A DNA stretch of 51,222 bases, filler included, from Sphacelaria rigidula (Eukaryota): the NCBI GenBank assembly GCA_964200075.2. It is 3 parts of 3 records of this genome, joined end to end, with 100 filler letters (N's around TTAATTAATTAA, not from the genome) between each part and the next. Parts side by side here need not be neighbours in the genome. Positions count along the whole stretch, not along the records: positions 1 to 17,008 come from CAXNAA020001189.1; 2 more parts are not named here. The stretch is one strand, 5' to 3'. This document shows, one piece after another, positions 1 to 11,604 of the stretch. The notes beneath the pieces were generated by a model. The model was not told the DNA's origin. It did not search any database and was given only the letters and a program-made list of their open reading frames with translations. Made by a program: the position numbers and the translations under genes. Position 1 is the first letter of the stretch, and the number at the start of each line of letters is the position of its first letter.

Positions 1-749
1 ACAAATGTACCAAAATACCCCCCCCCCCCCTATCGTAGGATGACTCATCCATTTGAATTCAATGCCGATGCAAGATATGAGGGTATATATGCGGAAGGCT
101 TCAGATAATCTCGATGTTGCAGGTATATTGAGGACCTCATTATGAAACCCAGGTCCACTTTGGACTACTGGAGGAGCAGTTATTACACCGTGGGTTCGCT
201 CAGCACACCACGAGTTTGAATACCGGCGGGAAAAGCACTCTTTCTATGTTCGGATATGTACACTACTTTCCTGTGGAGTTCACAGTATGAATTGCAGGTG
301 ACTTCGCATTGTACAGTGGACTCATCACTGCGGAGAGCACATTCGGTTTGATGATACATGTGCCATGATCGTCCAATAATGCTCTGCAGTGCTATGTTAC
401 TGAACGGCAACCGCGCTACATGAAGCTTGCTTGCATACGGTAAATTTCTGGATGACGTCATCTGTACGCTGAACTCAGCTTGGTAACTACACATGTCGTA
501 GTTACGGACAAGTACCAGTTCGATCATGTCTGCCGCTAAACGTGTGGCGTGCACATAGTCCACCATATATTGCAGCTGGATGTGACCTGAAGCATCCCAT
601 CGGCACTATTTCGTTGGAATCTGAACTGAGCATACCTAACGAAGCCCCGCTAAAATGCCACACTACAGCTATCATTTGCACTCGACATCAAACGTTGAGC
701 TACAGTAGACGCCTAACGTACCAGTACAAACGTGCATCGTCGTACTCAC

Positions 750-1079
750 TCTCCTTCCTCCTTCGGGGCCGCGGAACGCACAGCTTCCATGACAATCCTT
801 CGAAGGCGGTTCGCATCACCCGACGACCGACCGGCCCCTTTACCCCGCCCGCCGCCGCCGTGCCCTGAACCCAGTGTCGCGGCATTGCCGGATCTACTGC
901 CAGTACTGCCGTGATCACCAATCCAGGAAGCACTTCGCTCCCGTCGCTCCTTGCTGGCTCCCGTTTTCCCCAAGGATTGAGATGAGCTACGTCGCCGTGA
1001 GCTGGAGCCGCGTCGCATTTTGGTTGCTGTTGCTGCTGGTAGCTCGGTCGTCCCCCCCGAGACTTTTGTCATCGGATAT
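750..1079 (-). CDS. Exon of hypothetical protein (Ser/Arg/Gly-rich, low complexity); gene continues toward the left
   Basis: Acceptor ccccatag| before 1079 and donor |gtgagt after 750. Open frame (R)YPMTKVSGG...AAPKEEG(E). Phase-compatible with exon 2991-3142. Confidence 0.65.
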
Positions 1080-1752
1080 CTATGGGGATGCGGTTATTAT
1101 TAGCTCCCTCCGAGAGGTGACAGCGCCGGGGCTTACCGCTTACAAGAGGAATATACGTCGAAGAGGCGAGATAGAGTGACTAAGCGAACAACGAGACAGA
1201 ACTGTTCTGGATATGAAGGATACCATACGTACCGCGGCGGTTTCAAACTCGAGTTTACGGAGGCGTGTTCTGTGCGGCGCAACTACTCACGCAGCACAGC
1301 CTATCGTTGTGCAAACCATACGGGCAATGTAGTCGCAAATAGTGAAGAGGATCGTGATACGCTCCGACAGCAACGGACATGCTAAAGACATCCGCATTCA
1401 CAATGTTCGTCTACGTGTATGTGTACGTGTCTGTGTGCTGCGTTTCTTCTTCACATCTCTGCGTGCTCCAAAACCATGGATCGAAAGTACGTGTATATTG
1501 TATGTACGATGTTGTCGGGTGGCCCCACGACACGAAGTGCTGCATGTTCTGGTAGGGCGCGCTGGGGTGCTAGCGTTTTCTAACACGACTGCATCAACTA
1601 CTAAAAACTACAGCCGTACTCAGAATGAAGGTGGTATTGAATTCCATACATGTGTGTTTCCAGAAGACCTCTGCAGACGAGTAATCTTTTGGCGTCGGCA
1701 GCACCATGGTAGGTTTATGGTGGACTCCGTACACTGGAATTTCGGAACATTT

Positions 1753-2095
1753 TCCCTCCCCCTCTTATCTGGATAAACAACGTTTTCGTGAGATTGAGAG
1801 TAGAGCGCTGATTGAGAGAGGCTTCAGCAATTCGCTTTAACCTGGCCGATTTTTTATCCCGCGAGTGCTTTTCTTTGCCTCCATCACTAGCGTGTGCTCA
1901 CAGCTACACGTCGATATCCTACCCAGGGACATCAAGGGCCTCAGTGGCAAGCTACTACAGAAAGCATATTGGGCCTCGTGGAGGTTTTTTTCGGAACTGA
2001 AACGACTCATTCACCAATCGATCACTTTTCACTCTCGATCGTATCCTCTACGTGTCTCTCCTCTCAATCTCACGAAAAATGGATAAGAGTAGGGA
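1753..2095. mobile_element. MITE-like element with inverted termini
   Basis: ttttcgtgagattgagag (about 1783) is inverted at about 2061 (ctctcaatctcacgaaaa), and the outer ends ctcttatc / gataagag also pair. The right half recurs at about 14835-14960. Confidence 0.6.
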
Positions 2096-2144
2096 TTGAG
2101 GGCAGTGTGCAAGTACGAGAAACAAACCAGCCATGAAATCTCAA

Positions 2145-2222
2145 GTCTCAATTGTTACTTGCCTTAGTCGTTTGGCCGTTGATCACGCATCCCTTTCGAG
2201 ACGGAGCATCGTTGATACTTAT
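2145..2222 (-). mobile_element. Short 3' remnant of LINE family A
   Basis: cttgccttagtcgtttggccgttgatcacgcatccctttcgagacggagca matches copies at 5670-5725, 45335-45395 (inverted) and 51190-51222. Confidence 0.7.
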
Positions 2223-2990
2223 TGGAGAAAGGGTGGATGACGTCAAGCATCCGGAAGTTGGCGCGAATACATGTAAAATATTGTGAGTGAGAGTGTACTA
2301 AATTCTTGATTTGTTCTCTGTTTCCCGTTTTGTAGTGTTTCCCCTGTTCTCTCTATTTTTGCTCCCTCCCTTCGTCGAGCTTTCTTTAGCGAGTGGTCAT
2401 TTTTCTGTTTATATCTCGGGTATGTCGTCTTGTGACCACGACTGGATTCCTAGAGTATCATGCGCAGCTCCGCTCCCCCCGAGCACTGATCTTGTAGAAA
2501 CTGCGAATTTCGCGCTACGCTGCCGGAGAAGTGTGATAATGTGTTGTATGGGATAAAGGCCTTCGTGTCTAACTGGGGCACGTGTAAAATTAAAAACAAG
2601 CTAGTGTGCCACGCATGCATCGCTGCTGTTGAGGGGATATGAAACTGCGCTTGTAGTTCGCCGTGCTGAAAGATGATCCTCGTCGATCGTGAGTTAACCC
2701 GTCGTTGAGTGCCCGCCAGTCAGCAGGGCGCATTTTTTTCAATCCTCCGCAGGGGGTTCCGAATCGTTGTTTAGCGAAATAGCGCCTTCATTTACGCAAG
2801 GGGGCCCGGGCCCACTAGGCGATTGCCACACACGCAGCTCCTACCGTCTCCTGGTGATATCAGATGATTGCACACCACCAGTAGCTGTTCTGCAATCACG
2901 TATGCACCTTCGAAGGCTTATAGGGCACACCCCCTGCTCGCTGCAAGCGTTACACGACAAAAGCTAGACTGCAACAAAAACCACACCTAC

Positions 2991-3142
2991 CTGTGATATT
3001 TCAACCATTCAACCTGCGGTGATGCCGTTGGTCGAAGGGTAAAGTACGACCTTATAGCGCCCGGACGTCCTACTAGGTCGCCCTCATCCACAACATCGTC
3101 ATCCTCCACGAGACTGTCAGGATTCGCAGCAGGCCGTGGGTG
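2991..3142 (-). CDS. Upstream exon of the same hypothetical protein
   Basis: Acceptor ccgtttcttctag| and donor AG|gtagg. Reads HPRPAANPDSLVEDDDVVDEGDLVGRPGAIRSYFTLRPTASPQVEWLKYH(R). It ends in phase 2 and joins exon 750-1079 in frame. Confidence 0.65.
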
Positions 3143-3594
3143 CTAGAAGAAACGGTCAAGTCTACCACGACGGTATAGTTGGCACAGTACTTGCACGGGT
3201 GTGTCTTCTTGGATAGTGACATAAAAGAGAGTAGTAGCCAATTTATAACTAATTGCTGAAAACATTCCTGAAGGGTACAAGCAATACCGTTGCCAATCCG
3301 AAAACCGTATCCAGAAAGCGCCCCAACCCGAGAAAAAGACACACCCTGGACGAGATTGCGTTGTCAAAAGTATACTGAGTGCAGTATCGAATACTGCGTC
3401 TACCCCATTAGGCGACATGATGGTCTACACTTTTTGCGCAGTCCATTGTTCGTGGTGTGAGAAAAGGTGCGCGCTACCGTTCAAAATGCACGTGAATCTG
3501 GGCTGTTCTTGCTGGGTGGGTACAGAAGGTCAATCGTCCAACCTCTCCGTCCGTGTTCTGGACGGTCGTTATAAATTCGGTCTGAGTGTGGGAA

Positions 3595-3890
3595 GGGTCC
3601 GTCATACGTTTGACCTCTCCCCCTCCTCGGGAATCATCCGTGGTCTCAGGATCAACCCATCTCTCCTCTGGTACATGCCTGATGTAACAGTATCGTAGAT
3701 TGGGTCACCACTCCCGCACCGCGTTGACTTTGGTCGAATCATCCCATGCTATCGACGTCCTCACGTCTCCAACGACAGAGGACAGATGATCGTGAGAAAA
3801 AAACTGTGCGGAATCATATCTTCTGGGAATCGAATCTCCTACTCCGCCCGAACCGGTTTTTGGTTCTACGAACCTGATCACCTGGCGTTG
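3595..3890 (-). mobile_element. Decayed tRNA-derived SINE, same family as 48905-49200
   Basis: The reverse strand has a B-box-like GATTCGATTCCC and the body acgcggtgcgggagtggtgacccaatc...gagagatgggttgatcc, shared with 49070-49145. Confidence 0.6.
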
Positions 3891-5646
3891 CGAAAGCGCC
3901 TTAAATAGATCGAACTGTCAGTTGTACTTGTCTACCACGCCCTTTCTCCTCTTCGCTCGGCATTTCCCTCCCCAGGAAACAAGTGAAAGAGGGTCAACAA
4001 TCCAAACAACCAAGGACGTCCGTCGTCTGTTCACAGACGTGGAATACTCAAAACATGGTTGCTTCGATCGCTCATGCTTCCGACAGAATCCCACGGGGGG
4101 GGGCTGCATTCTAAACTGGCATCATTTTGCACGACATATCATCGTCCCCTTTTTCAATACGTCGTGGCTCATGTGTACCAACATAGCACCAGTATGACCA
4201 GCTCAGCCTGGAATACAACGAACTCAGGGTCTGATATTTTCTTCGGGGGTAAATGTGATGCTACACAATCATGGGGTAAATCACCGCAAGCATCTACCGA
4301 GGGCTCATCATCTCTATTACATTGACGACACCAGAGATGACGCTGAATTCCTAGGGAACCAAAAGTTTCCGAAATTGCATCCAGGCCCGCTCACCGCGAC
4401 GATTATCAAAATCCGTCAACGCTTGAGGTTGCAAAAACAAACACATGCGCAAAAAATATGCGCGGGGCAAGCAAACGGAGGTCACGAACTCACTACAGTA
4501 ATGAATTTCAAGCAGAGGTTTGTCCACCTGAGCATTCAACCACAACGTAAATAATAAAGGTGCAAAAAACGTCCTCACCGCTAGTCGGCAAAAAAGGACA
4601 CCTTGACAAACGTCCTCGTGTCATAGAAACGTCCAACAAGGGGCTGATACAAGGGGAGGGGGATACCACTCGGTATAGGGGGGGAATTACCACCCGTGTT
4701 GCTCGCGGGCCCAAATCTTACCACGCAACACATATTTATACGCTACATACGCCCGACCGAGAAGTGACGGGCACGCCGAAAAATCGCGCTGATCCCAACC
4801 TAGAATACTTTATGTCGTACGCCACGCAAATCTCAAAATACCACGAAGCACCAACCAACACGCACGTACTTACTTGTATTGCAGCCAAATGCCCACGTAT
4901 AGACATGCACTATCTCTCAGTTCAGGCACCACCCGTAAAAATGCTCTTCACGCCCAAATTTGGCAGGCCGGGGATCGGACCGGTACTCTATATCCGAGCC
5001 ATCAGGCTGCCGGGCGCAGTCAGACATCTGAACACAGAGCTGGTTCACGTTCTGGAGCCATGTTCCTAGGCTCGCGGCAATGATGAATACTGTTTTCAAG
5101 TACTGGTGCGAGATGACCGCGAGTCAGAAATACAGAGTGCATGTGATGAATGATGCAACACCGATAAGGCGACTGGGTTTCGAAGTTGCCTGGAGATCGC
5201 GCCTGTCCGGGGGTTGTAGAAAGAGACCAGCCCACCTAACAGGTTGCCTACATACGTGAAGTCATTTTTGCGGCTAATGCAGCGATTTGCCCTGACCTCG
5301 ATACTACGTTCATTGTGGCTTTCGGTAAATCCGTACACTTATCTTCCCAGGCCGAAGGGGGTGGGGGAGGGGGGGACTGTGGTGCCTAGACTGAGAGACA
5401 TTCTACCCCTTGAGGAGGAAAATGTACGCGTTCAACGACAAGCACAAAAAGGGCACTCAATTGCATCGAACGCTCCATCTCCCTCAGCGAAGATAACACC
5501 AAGTAGGTTTTCGTTGAAATCTGATCTCATCAAAATTGTAGCGCCCAACGTTTTCATCATCTGTTCTCCACGATGGCGACCCCACTCTGAAACACCTTCG
5601 ATATACAATACAGTACTAGCCACAACCACTCACCACAGCTATGATA

Positions 5647-6020
5647 GGGGGGGGCGTACTCATCTGTTGCTTGCCCTGGTCGTTTGACCATTGACAACGC
5701 ATCCCTTTCGAGACGGAGCACCGTTCCCACTCCTACTAGAGTCACATTCAACATTCCGGCACTCAGTAAGTTTCTTCTATACATTGCAGAAAAACCTTTT
5801 ACATATCTTATCCCCGTCCTGTTTCGCCGCCTGTGGCCACCGTCTATCTCCTAGTATAACCATCGTTTTCTCCCCTCTGTCCAATGCATCAAACGATTCC
5901 ATGCTATCTTCGTTCACGTCCTGCATTTCCCCCTCTAGCACGTCCCCTTCTTCCTTGTATGGTTCACATGCTGCCACTATATTACTTCAACTCTTTATTC
6001 CTCTGCCACAGCGGCACAGC
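5647..6020 (-). mobile_element. 5'-truncated non-LTR retrotransposon 3' end (LINE family A)
   Basis: Translates as LCRCGRGIKS*SNIVAACEPYKEEGDVLEGEMQDVNEDSMESFDALDRGEKTMVILGDRRWPQAAKQDGDKICKRFFCNV, a decayed Cys-knuckle typical of a LINE ORF2 C-terminus. It ends tgagtacgccccc. The four copies in the window share the 3' region; the three not cut by the window edge differ in 5' length. Confidence 0.7.
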
Positions 6021-6410
6021 TATGGTAGGGAGGAAAACGTTGGCCATAGTCAAACGACGTACGCTTTGATGGGCAAATACATCCCGGAGATGCTGTACTT
6101 CAGGAATTCACATTATAAAAACGGATAAAGCAACCCATCAGGTATCAAAACACCGACGTAGAACACAATAAAAAATGATGATATCGCATCATGCCCGACC
6201 CGAATCTTATAATATATCTCGAATCTGGAGATTCAGAGCGCGCAACTGCACCCTTGTAAATTTAGGAGGGCAAAAGCATTTCCTCGTACCCTTCCCAAAC
6301 GTGTCTGACCATAATCAAGCATCTAGGGGTTGACCGAGCTTCTCGAAGAGAGCTCGAAACGGTTCCAACAAACACTATTTCAGCAATCCATCTGCGTGTC
6401 TATACCGTCA

Positions 6411-6672
6411 TCAAACGTCTACGAACAAGCCGCTGCCGAAGAAGACATCGAATTGATCGCACCATACGACGGCCGCAACGTAGTCCTCTGGGCTCACAAA
6501 GCCGTCAGGCACGGTTTGGCTGAAGTTCCCCGTAAAGGAGAAAGTTCCGCGATCAGCGCCGTCCACGATGACCGTGAGAGACCCCTCCGCATCAACATCG
6601 TCCGGATCATCCGAATCGGTGGTCAAATACAAGAAAACGTCGGGCCCCGAAGAAACTTCGATATTTTGAAAT
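6411..6672 (-). CDS. DM13-domain protein, last coding exon
   Basis: Acceptor ttccttcgtcttcag|. Reads FQNIEVSSGPDVFLYLTTD...GNFSQTVPDGFVSPEDYVAAVVWCDQFDVFFGSGLFVDV*, with the GPDxxxYL and VVWCxxFxVxFG signatures of DM13. Confidence 0.85.
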
Positions 6673-7946
6673 CTGAAGACGAAGGAAATCGGACCGGCGT
6701 CAGCGGCGGGAATGCGGGCCGTGTATCGCTTTCGTCAACCGCGGGGCTTTCATTTCAACCGACACAAGGAACAGAAAACGTTGCGCATGCTGTCTATACA
6801 TATTGGAACATAGGACGGTGCTATAAAACGGCGTGTGCATCTATGTGTGTGTTTATATACACATGTGTACGTGGTCAACAACCCCTGCGGCGCCAGAGCT
6901 CTTTCTTCAACCAAATAGCTGCTCCATCTTCAAAGCCGGTATCTGTTCGCCACCATCACCCCAAACAACCAACGCCAACACGAATATCGTGAATACCGTG
7001 ATTCCCAACCTCTGACTCATATGCAGTGTTAAAAATGCCGCAGTGTCTGGTGATGAAGGCCCCCGGCACCGATAACATTTTCGGAACAGTGTCCCCGCTT
7101 CATATTTTCGCCCGTGGCCCGTACGTCCCAACAGCGCAAAAATTACCTGATGTTTGCAAAAACTGCCTCCACTAAAAAATGGACACAAAATTATCGCGTA
7201 TTCCGGGGCAACCAGCCTCCTAGTTACGTAATTGTTCAACTGGAAGTCGTCATTTTCCACATATTTCGGGCGCTCTACCTAGGGTCCATCTGGGGGGATA
7301 CTTCGCTCAAGGGGTTGAAATCGATTTCATGTCTACTTCGTGAGATTGAGTTTGCTCCTACAACGTCTCTGAGCATCATGAGTTTCGGTGGTCGTCAAGC
7401 ACCGGGAAAGGTTCGGCGCTGCAAACACTTGGATTTTCCGGTCACCAGCGCTTGAAGCAATGAGTGAGGCTACCGCGGATTGTTTGGATCGAGTTTTGGG
7501 TCGAACGTATGCGCTACGGATATTCAATCGCTGTGGCGCACAGCATCAAAAGTCTTCAGAGCACTCAAATCTGTTGAGCAATACGATATAATAGAGTCGT
7601 ACATGACCTCCCTTTGTTGCAATCAGGGGGAGGGGTCAGCTTGTGATGAAAACAAAAAAACATATGCTGTACCAGGCCTTGGATCAAACCAATACTGAAT
7701 CCCAAGCGAGAAAATTACATGATCGGTTCAAGCGACGAGGACTCCAGCACAGCCCATGCAATTTCGTCGTCACTAGTGCGGGTGGGAGAGCCAACCGGGG
7801 GCAGCTCGAACAGCGCGGCACATTCGCTCGTTACAGTAAACGTGAGACACAAGGATCGATGAATCCAGTGCGCTATACATCGACATGTCGTGGTGTGGCT
7901 CTCTCCGCTGGCCATAAGCAATAAAGAATGTATGCGGTGTACGGAC

Positions 7947-8158
7947 CTCAACGAGTAGTCGGCGACCAGAGCATTATCGGCAATGGAGCCAGTTCCAAGG
8001 ATCTGCACCATCCCCTCCGTGGTATACGAACCCCCACCCGACAGCGTGGCTTCCCTGATTACGATGCTACCCCCTGCAACGGTGGTGGGTGCGGTGAGGT
8101 CGGCAGTAGTGCTAACCTGGGTCCCTGTGCTGTCAGTTTCTGCACACCAGATAACAGC
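7947..8158 (-). CDS. DM13-domain protein, penultimate exon
   Basis: Acceptor aaatcag| and donor AG|gtccgt. Reads AVIWCAETD...GGGSYTTEGMVQILG...DYSL(R). Phase 2 matches the next exon. Confidence 0.8.
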
Positions 8159-8166
8159 CTGATTTC

Positions 8167-8327
8167 GGGGGGGGGGGGGGGGGGGGGGACAGAAAAAAGG
8201 GGGGGAAAAAAAGAAAAAAATATGGACAGGGATGGAGAAAAAAANNNNNNNNNNGGTGGGGGGGGGGGTGTGGGGACGTAGGCTGGTGCGGGGTGCTTGC
8301 GCGTGGGAGCGCGCACAAACGCGAGCA

Positions 8328-8359
<32 letters not shown>
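8167..8359. repeat. Poly-G/poly-C tracts with a small N gap (intronic)
   Basis: Long G runs at about 8167-8188, 8258-8268 and 8327-8359, and 10 Ns at 8245-8254. Confidence 0.9.
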
Positions 8360-8362
<3 letters not shown>

Positions 8363-9236
8363 AGCACGTACAAGCGAGGGATAAAAGTAGCAATATATTG
8401 ACAGCGTCATAGGACAAAAAAGCGGGGTAACCACGAAGAGAAACAGGAGCGACCGTTTTCAATGAATGAGTGACGAAAATAACGTACTGTGAAGCAACTG
8501 TCGCATTACTGTACGTTCTTCATTTTTCAATGTTGCATGTCGCACATTGACGCACCTAGACGAACCGGGGAACATGTACTTGCTAGATAAAGGATAAAAA
8601 TAAAATTAAAAACGGAGGGAAGACAAAAATAAAAAACAGGCGGAGTAAATAGAAAAAAAATAGAACGAGTCAAAAACAAAGGCAAACCACAGCACAAGGG
8701 AAAGAAAGGAAACGAAGGGAAAAACAAATCCAATCCCTCCTGTTCATTTTCATTGGCCACTGCGACACACACAAATACGCAACCATTTGCCCAAGACACT
8801 GTATTCACTGCACTAATGTCAGCTTCGTTTCAGATGAGCGAGGTATCTCAGATGCCCGACCTTCCGATCGATCGTCTCACACATTAGGTAGGAACGGAGT
8901 CACGACCAATTTTAGCGGCGGGCGAATGAGTCGAATCGATTTTCACCCACATGGAAACTTGCCATACTCTCCTGTCATCGGCAAGCAGCTACACGCCCTT
9001 TTTCGCCTAGAGCACCCTTTCCGCTTCCTTTGCCCGAGGGTTCTCGGTATGTATGCCCCACTTTGGATTGGGGTTAAGGTTATCGGTTATGCCTTAGGGT
9101 TCAGCAACAGCACGCATGTGGCAACCATGGTGTTTGGCGACGGGTTGGGGTAAACCTTGGAACCATTATTGCTGCAGCTCGCAAACAGCATCAGAGTATG
9201 ATCAATGTACGAGTACTGCAGTTATTGCCTTTTCAC

Positions 9237-9337
9237 CTCATCGTAGGGAGTTACATCGAAGCTCTCGCCCAGCAGCACAATGAAGTCGGAAGCGATGTCA
9301 ATTGCAGTGAACGGCACCACGTAGACGCCGCTGCTGT
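9237..9337 (-). CDS. DM13-domain protein, internal exon (first, divergent DM13-like repeat); exons further 5' not resolved
   Basis: Acceptor ctctctcgctaccgtcacag| and donor GAG|gtgaaa. SSGVYVVPFTAIDIASDFIVLLGESFDVTPYDE joins AVIWC in phase 0, giving FDVTPYDEAVIWC. Confidence 0.7.
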
Positions 9338-9921
9338 CTGTGACGGTAGCGAGAGAGCCCGGGATGATGAGGACAATGGTCAGCTTGAATAGCAACTTTT
9401 TCAGGTGCAAATTGTGCAACTTAGAGGGATGGCAAGTGGAAATTTACTGCAAAAGATAAAGAGCTCTCAAGTTGCACTAAATAACACCCGTCTTCTCCGA
9501 TGGGGTGAAAATGAAGGGCCATCTTCACGGGACAAAGAGAAGCAGCGAAGAGCAAACGTAAGCGTCGAAAAGCAGCATATTGATTGGTCGCCGCAACCAA
9601 AGCGACGAACCGCGGAGACCAATCAACATGTATTTTTCGACGCTTGCCTTGCTCTTCGCTTTTTTTTCTCTGTCTCGTAAAGATGGGGCCTTGCAACGGC
9701 AATTTGGGGTCCCGTCTAAGGTATTATCATACACGGAGGACAAGACCAGCGCCTGCAGTGCACCGGCACAACCGTGTTGGTGAGTGTGAGATCACCACCG
9801 GTGATCCTCACGGTCGTGGTACTCGTCGGAGCGTCGGGTCCCTTGCTGCATGGAGACTGCACGCAGAAGCTGTTCCGACGTTCCACATTGTGATTAGCTC
9901 ATGCCCGAGCGCGTGTCGGTA

Positions 9922-10137
9922 CATTGCAATGCGTGTGCGGACCGCGTGCTTTCTGGACCGCATTGGTGTTTATACACCCCTACTGTATGGTTGAGAGTAG
10001 GGTTAGGGTTAGGGTTAGGGTTAGGGGCGCTGTCCCTGCAGGGACTGGCCCGAGAGGTCTTGAAAACCGTCGGTCCCGGGGTGTTCTGAACTCCCACGCG
10101 GTCCAAAAGGCACGCGGTCCGCGCACGTATTACAACA
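9922..10137. mobile_element. Inverted-repeat element enclosing a telomeric tract
   Basis: About 60-bp imperfect IR (9922-9980 vs 10078-10137), with TAGGG(TTAGGG)4 at 9998-10026. Flanked by an 18-20 bp direct repeat. Confidence 0.7.
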
Positions 10138-10347
10138 TGCCCGCGCGTGTCGGCAGTCGGCACGTGCCGGCTACAACAGCCTGCTGTTCACGTTGTGCAA
10201 ATTCATCCTCCTGCAAATTGCACAACAGTAGTATTGTGCGGCGAGGGTCGCAGCTCTCAAGAGTAGGGCGGCACGTGCACTACGCCAACTTGGCAGGGAG
10301 TTCAAGTGAATCGGACCTCCACACGGCCTTGAGAAAAGCTTGCGAAC

Positions 10348-11604
10348 TAGGGTTGTGGATCAACCTTTTGAGGGGTTGATTTCATATCTGTTTTTTTCTT
10401 CCAAATCGGCTTGATTTAGTCATGATTAGTTTACATAAATCTACTAATCAACGACACGTCAATTAATCAACTAATCATGACCGGTTGATGTTTTTCGGTC
10501 GAATTTAAGCAGCACACAAGCAAAAAATCGGCCGAATTTCGTGTGTGGAACAATGTAGAGCGTGCGAGCACGCAAACACAAGACAACAGAAGTGGCACGT
10601 CAATCTTGTAATCAGTAACAGCACGACAATATCAATAAACTAATCAACAACACGTCTGACACGTCAATTAATCAACTCATCATGATTACTTGTTTTTTTC
10701 GGCAGAATTTAAGCAGCACACAAGGCAAAAATCGACTGAATCTTGCCCTTCTTCCCTTTGTCGTCGGGGTCGTAGTCGTTGTCGTTAGAGCATTCCAGCG
10801 ACACGGCAGCGTCGAACACGGGATTTGACAAATTGGGGATGTTTTTTGTTCATTGAGGATGAAAACCCGGAGACTTAAAATATTCGTATCCGCACCAAAT
10901 CTTCAAAATATCGTTCCACTCCTCCACCTACTGGTAGCTATTGACAACAACTACACGCCATAAAAATTTGGATCCTGATAACCGACATGTTGGGGTCCTA
11001 GGTGAAGATACAATTTTGGGAAATAGATGATCCGATCTGATCATCGAAAGATTTCAATTTCTCGGATTTCTCATCCTCCATAAAAAATACATCCCCAATT
11101 TGTAGAATCCCGTGTTGTCGGCTGCATGTCCGTCACCTTCGGTGTTGCCCTGGCGCTGGGGAGGGCTCTCCGGGGTGTCGGTATTGCCTACAGCACGTAC
11201 TTTGCCCTTGCCTGTTCCCTTCATTATGTCAAGTTCCGTGTGACCCTCAGGGTGCTGCTAGAGTGCGGTGCTACGTGGCGTGCGGTATACTGTGTGCTGT
11301 GTGCTGCTATGTGTTCGTCGTTGCTATAATAGAGTCTTTTCGGGAGTAGAGTCGGTGAGTAGACATATCCATCGATCAATGGTTGCGCCGCAGACAAAAC
11401 AAGCGTTATATAACGCAAACGCCACTCACTCTTCTTGAAAAAAAGCAACTGATCAAGAATATTCAAGTTATATTGACTTGGTTAATTCAAATTAGGGTTG
11501 GTTGATATAAATCCTGTCAGCGACGCGCTGATAGGATTGTTGATACATCAAATACATTTGAAAATCGAAATCAACCCTGATTAAGGAGTTGATATAAAAC
11601 CCTA
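10348..11604. mobile_element. Non-autonomous hAT-type DNA transposon
   Basis: Imperfect TIRs TAGGGTT..ATCAAC..GGGTTGATTTC. 8-bp TSD TTGCGAAC (10340-10347) / TTGCAAAC (11605-11612). Internal ~90-bp direct repeat (about 10451-10541 and 10658-10745). Confidence 0.8.
10815..11116. mobile_element. 302-bp MITE nested in the hAT element
   Basis: About 70-bp TIRs starting AACACGGGATT. 4-bp TSD GTCG at 10811-10814 and 11117-11120. Confidence 0.85.

Noticed and set aside
6330..6992. 220-aa plus-strand ORF
   Set aside because: Antisense shadow of the DM13 exon plus intron sequence.
7715..8434. 239-aa proline-rich ORF
   Set aside because: The poly-Pro comes from intronic poly-C and an N gap; only 7947-8158 is exon.
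9998..10026. True chromosome end
   Set aside because: Only about 5 repeat units, internal, and enclosed by inverted arms.
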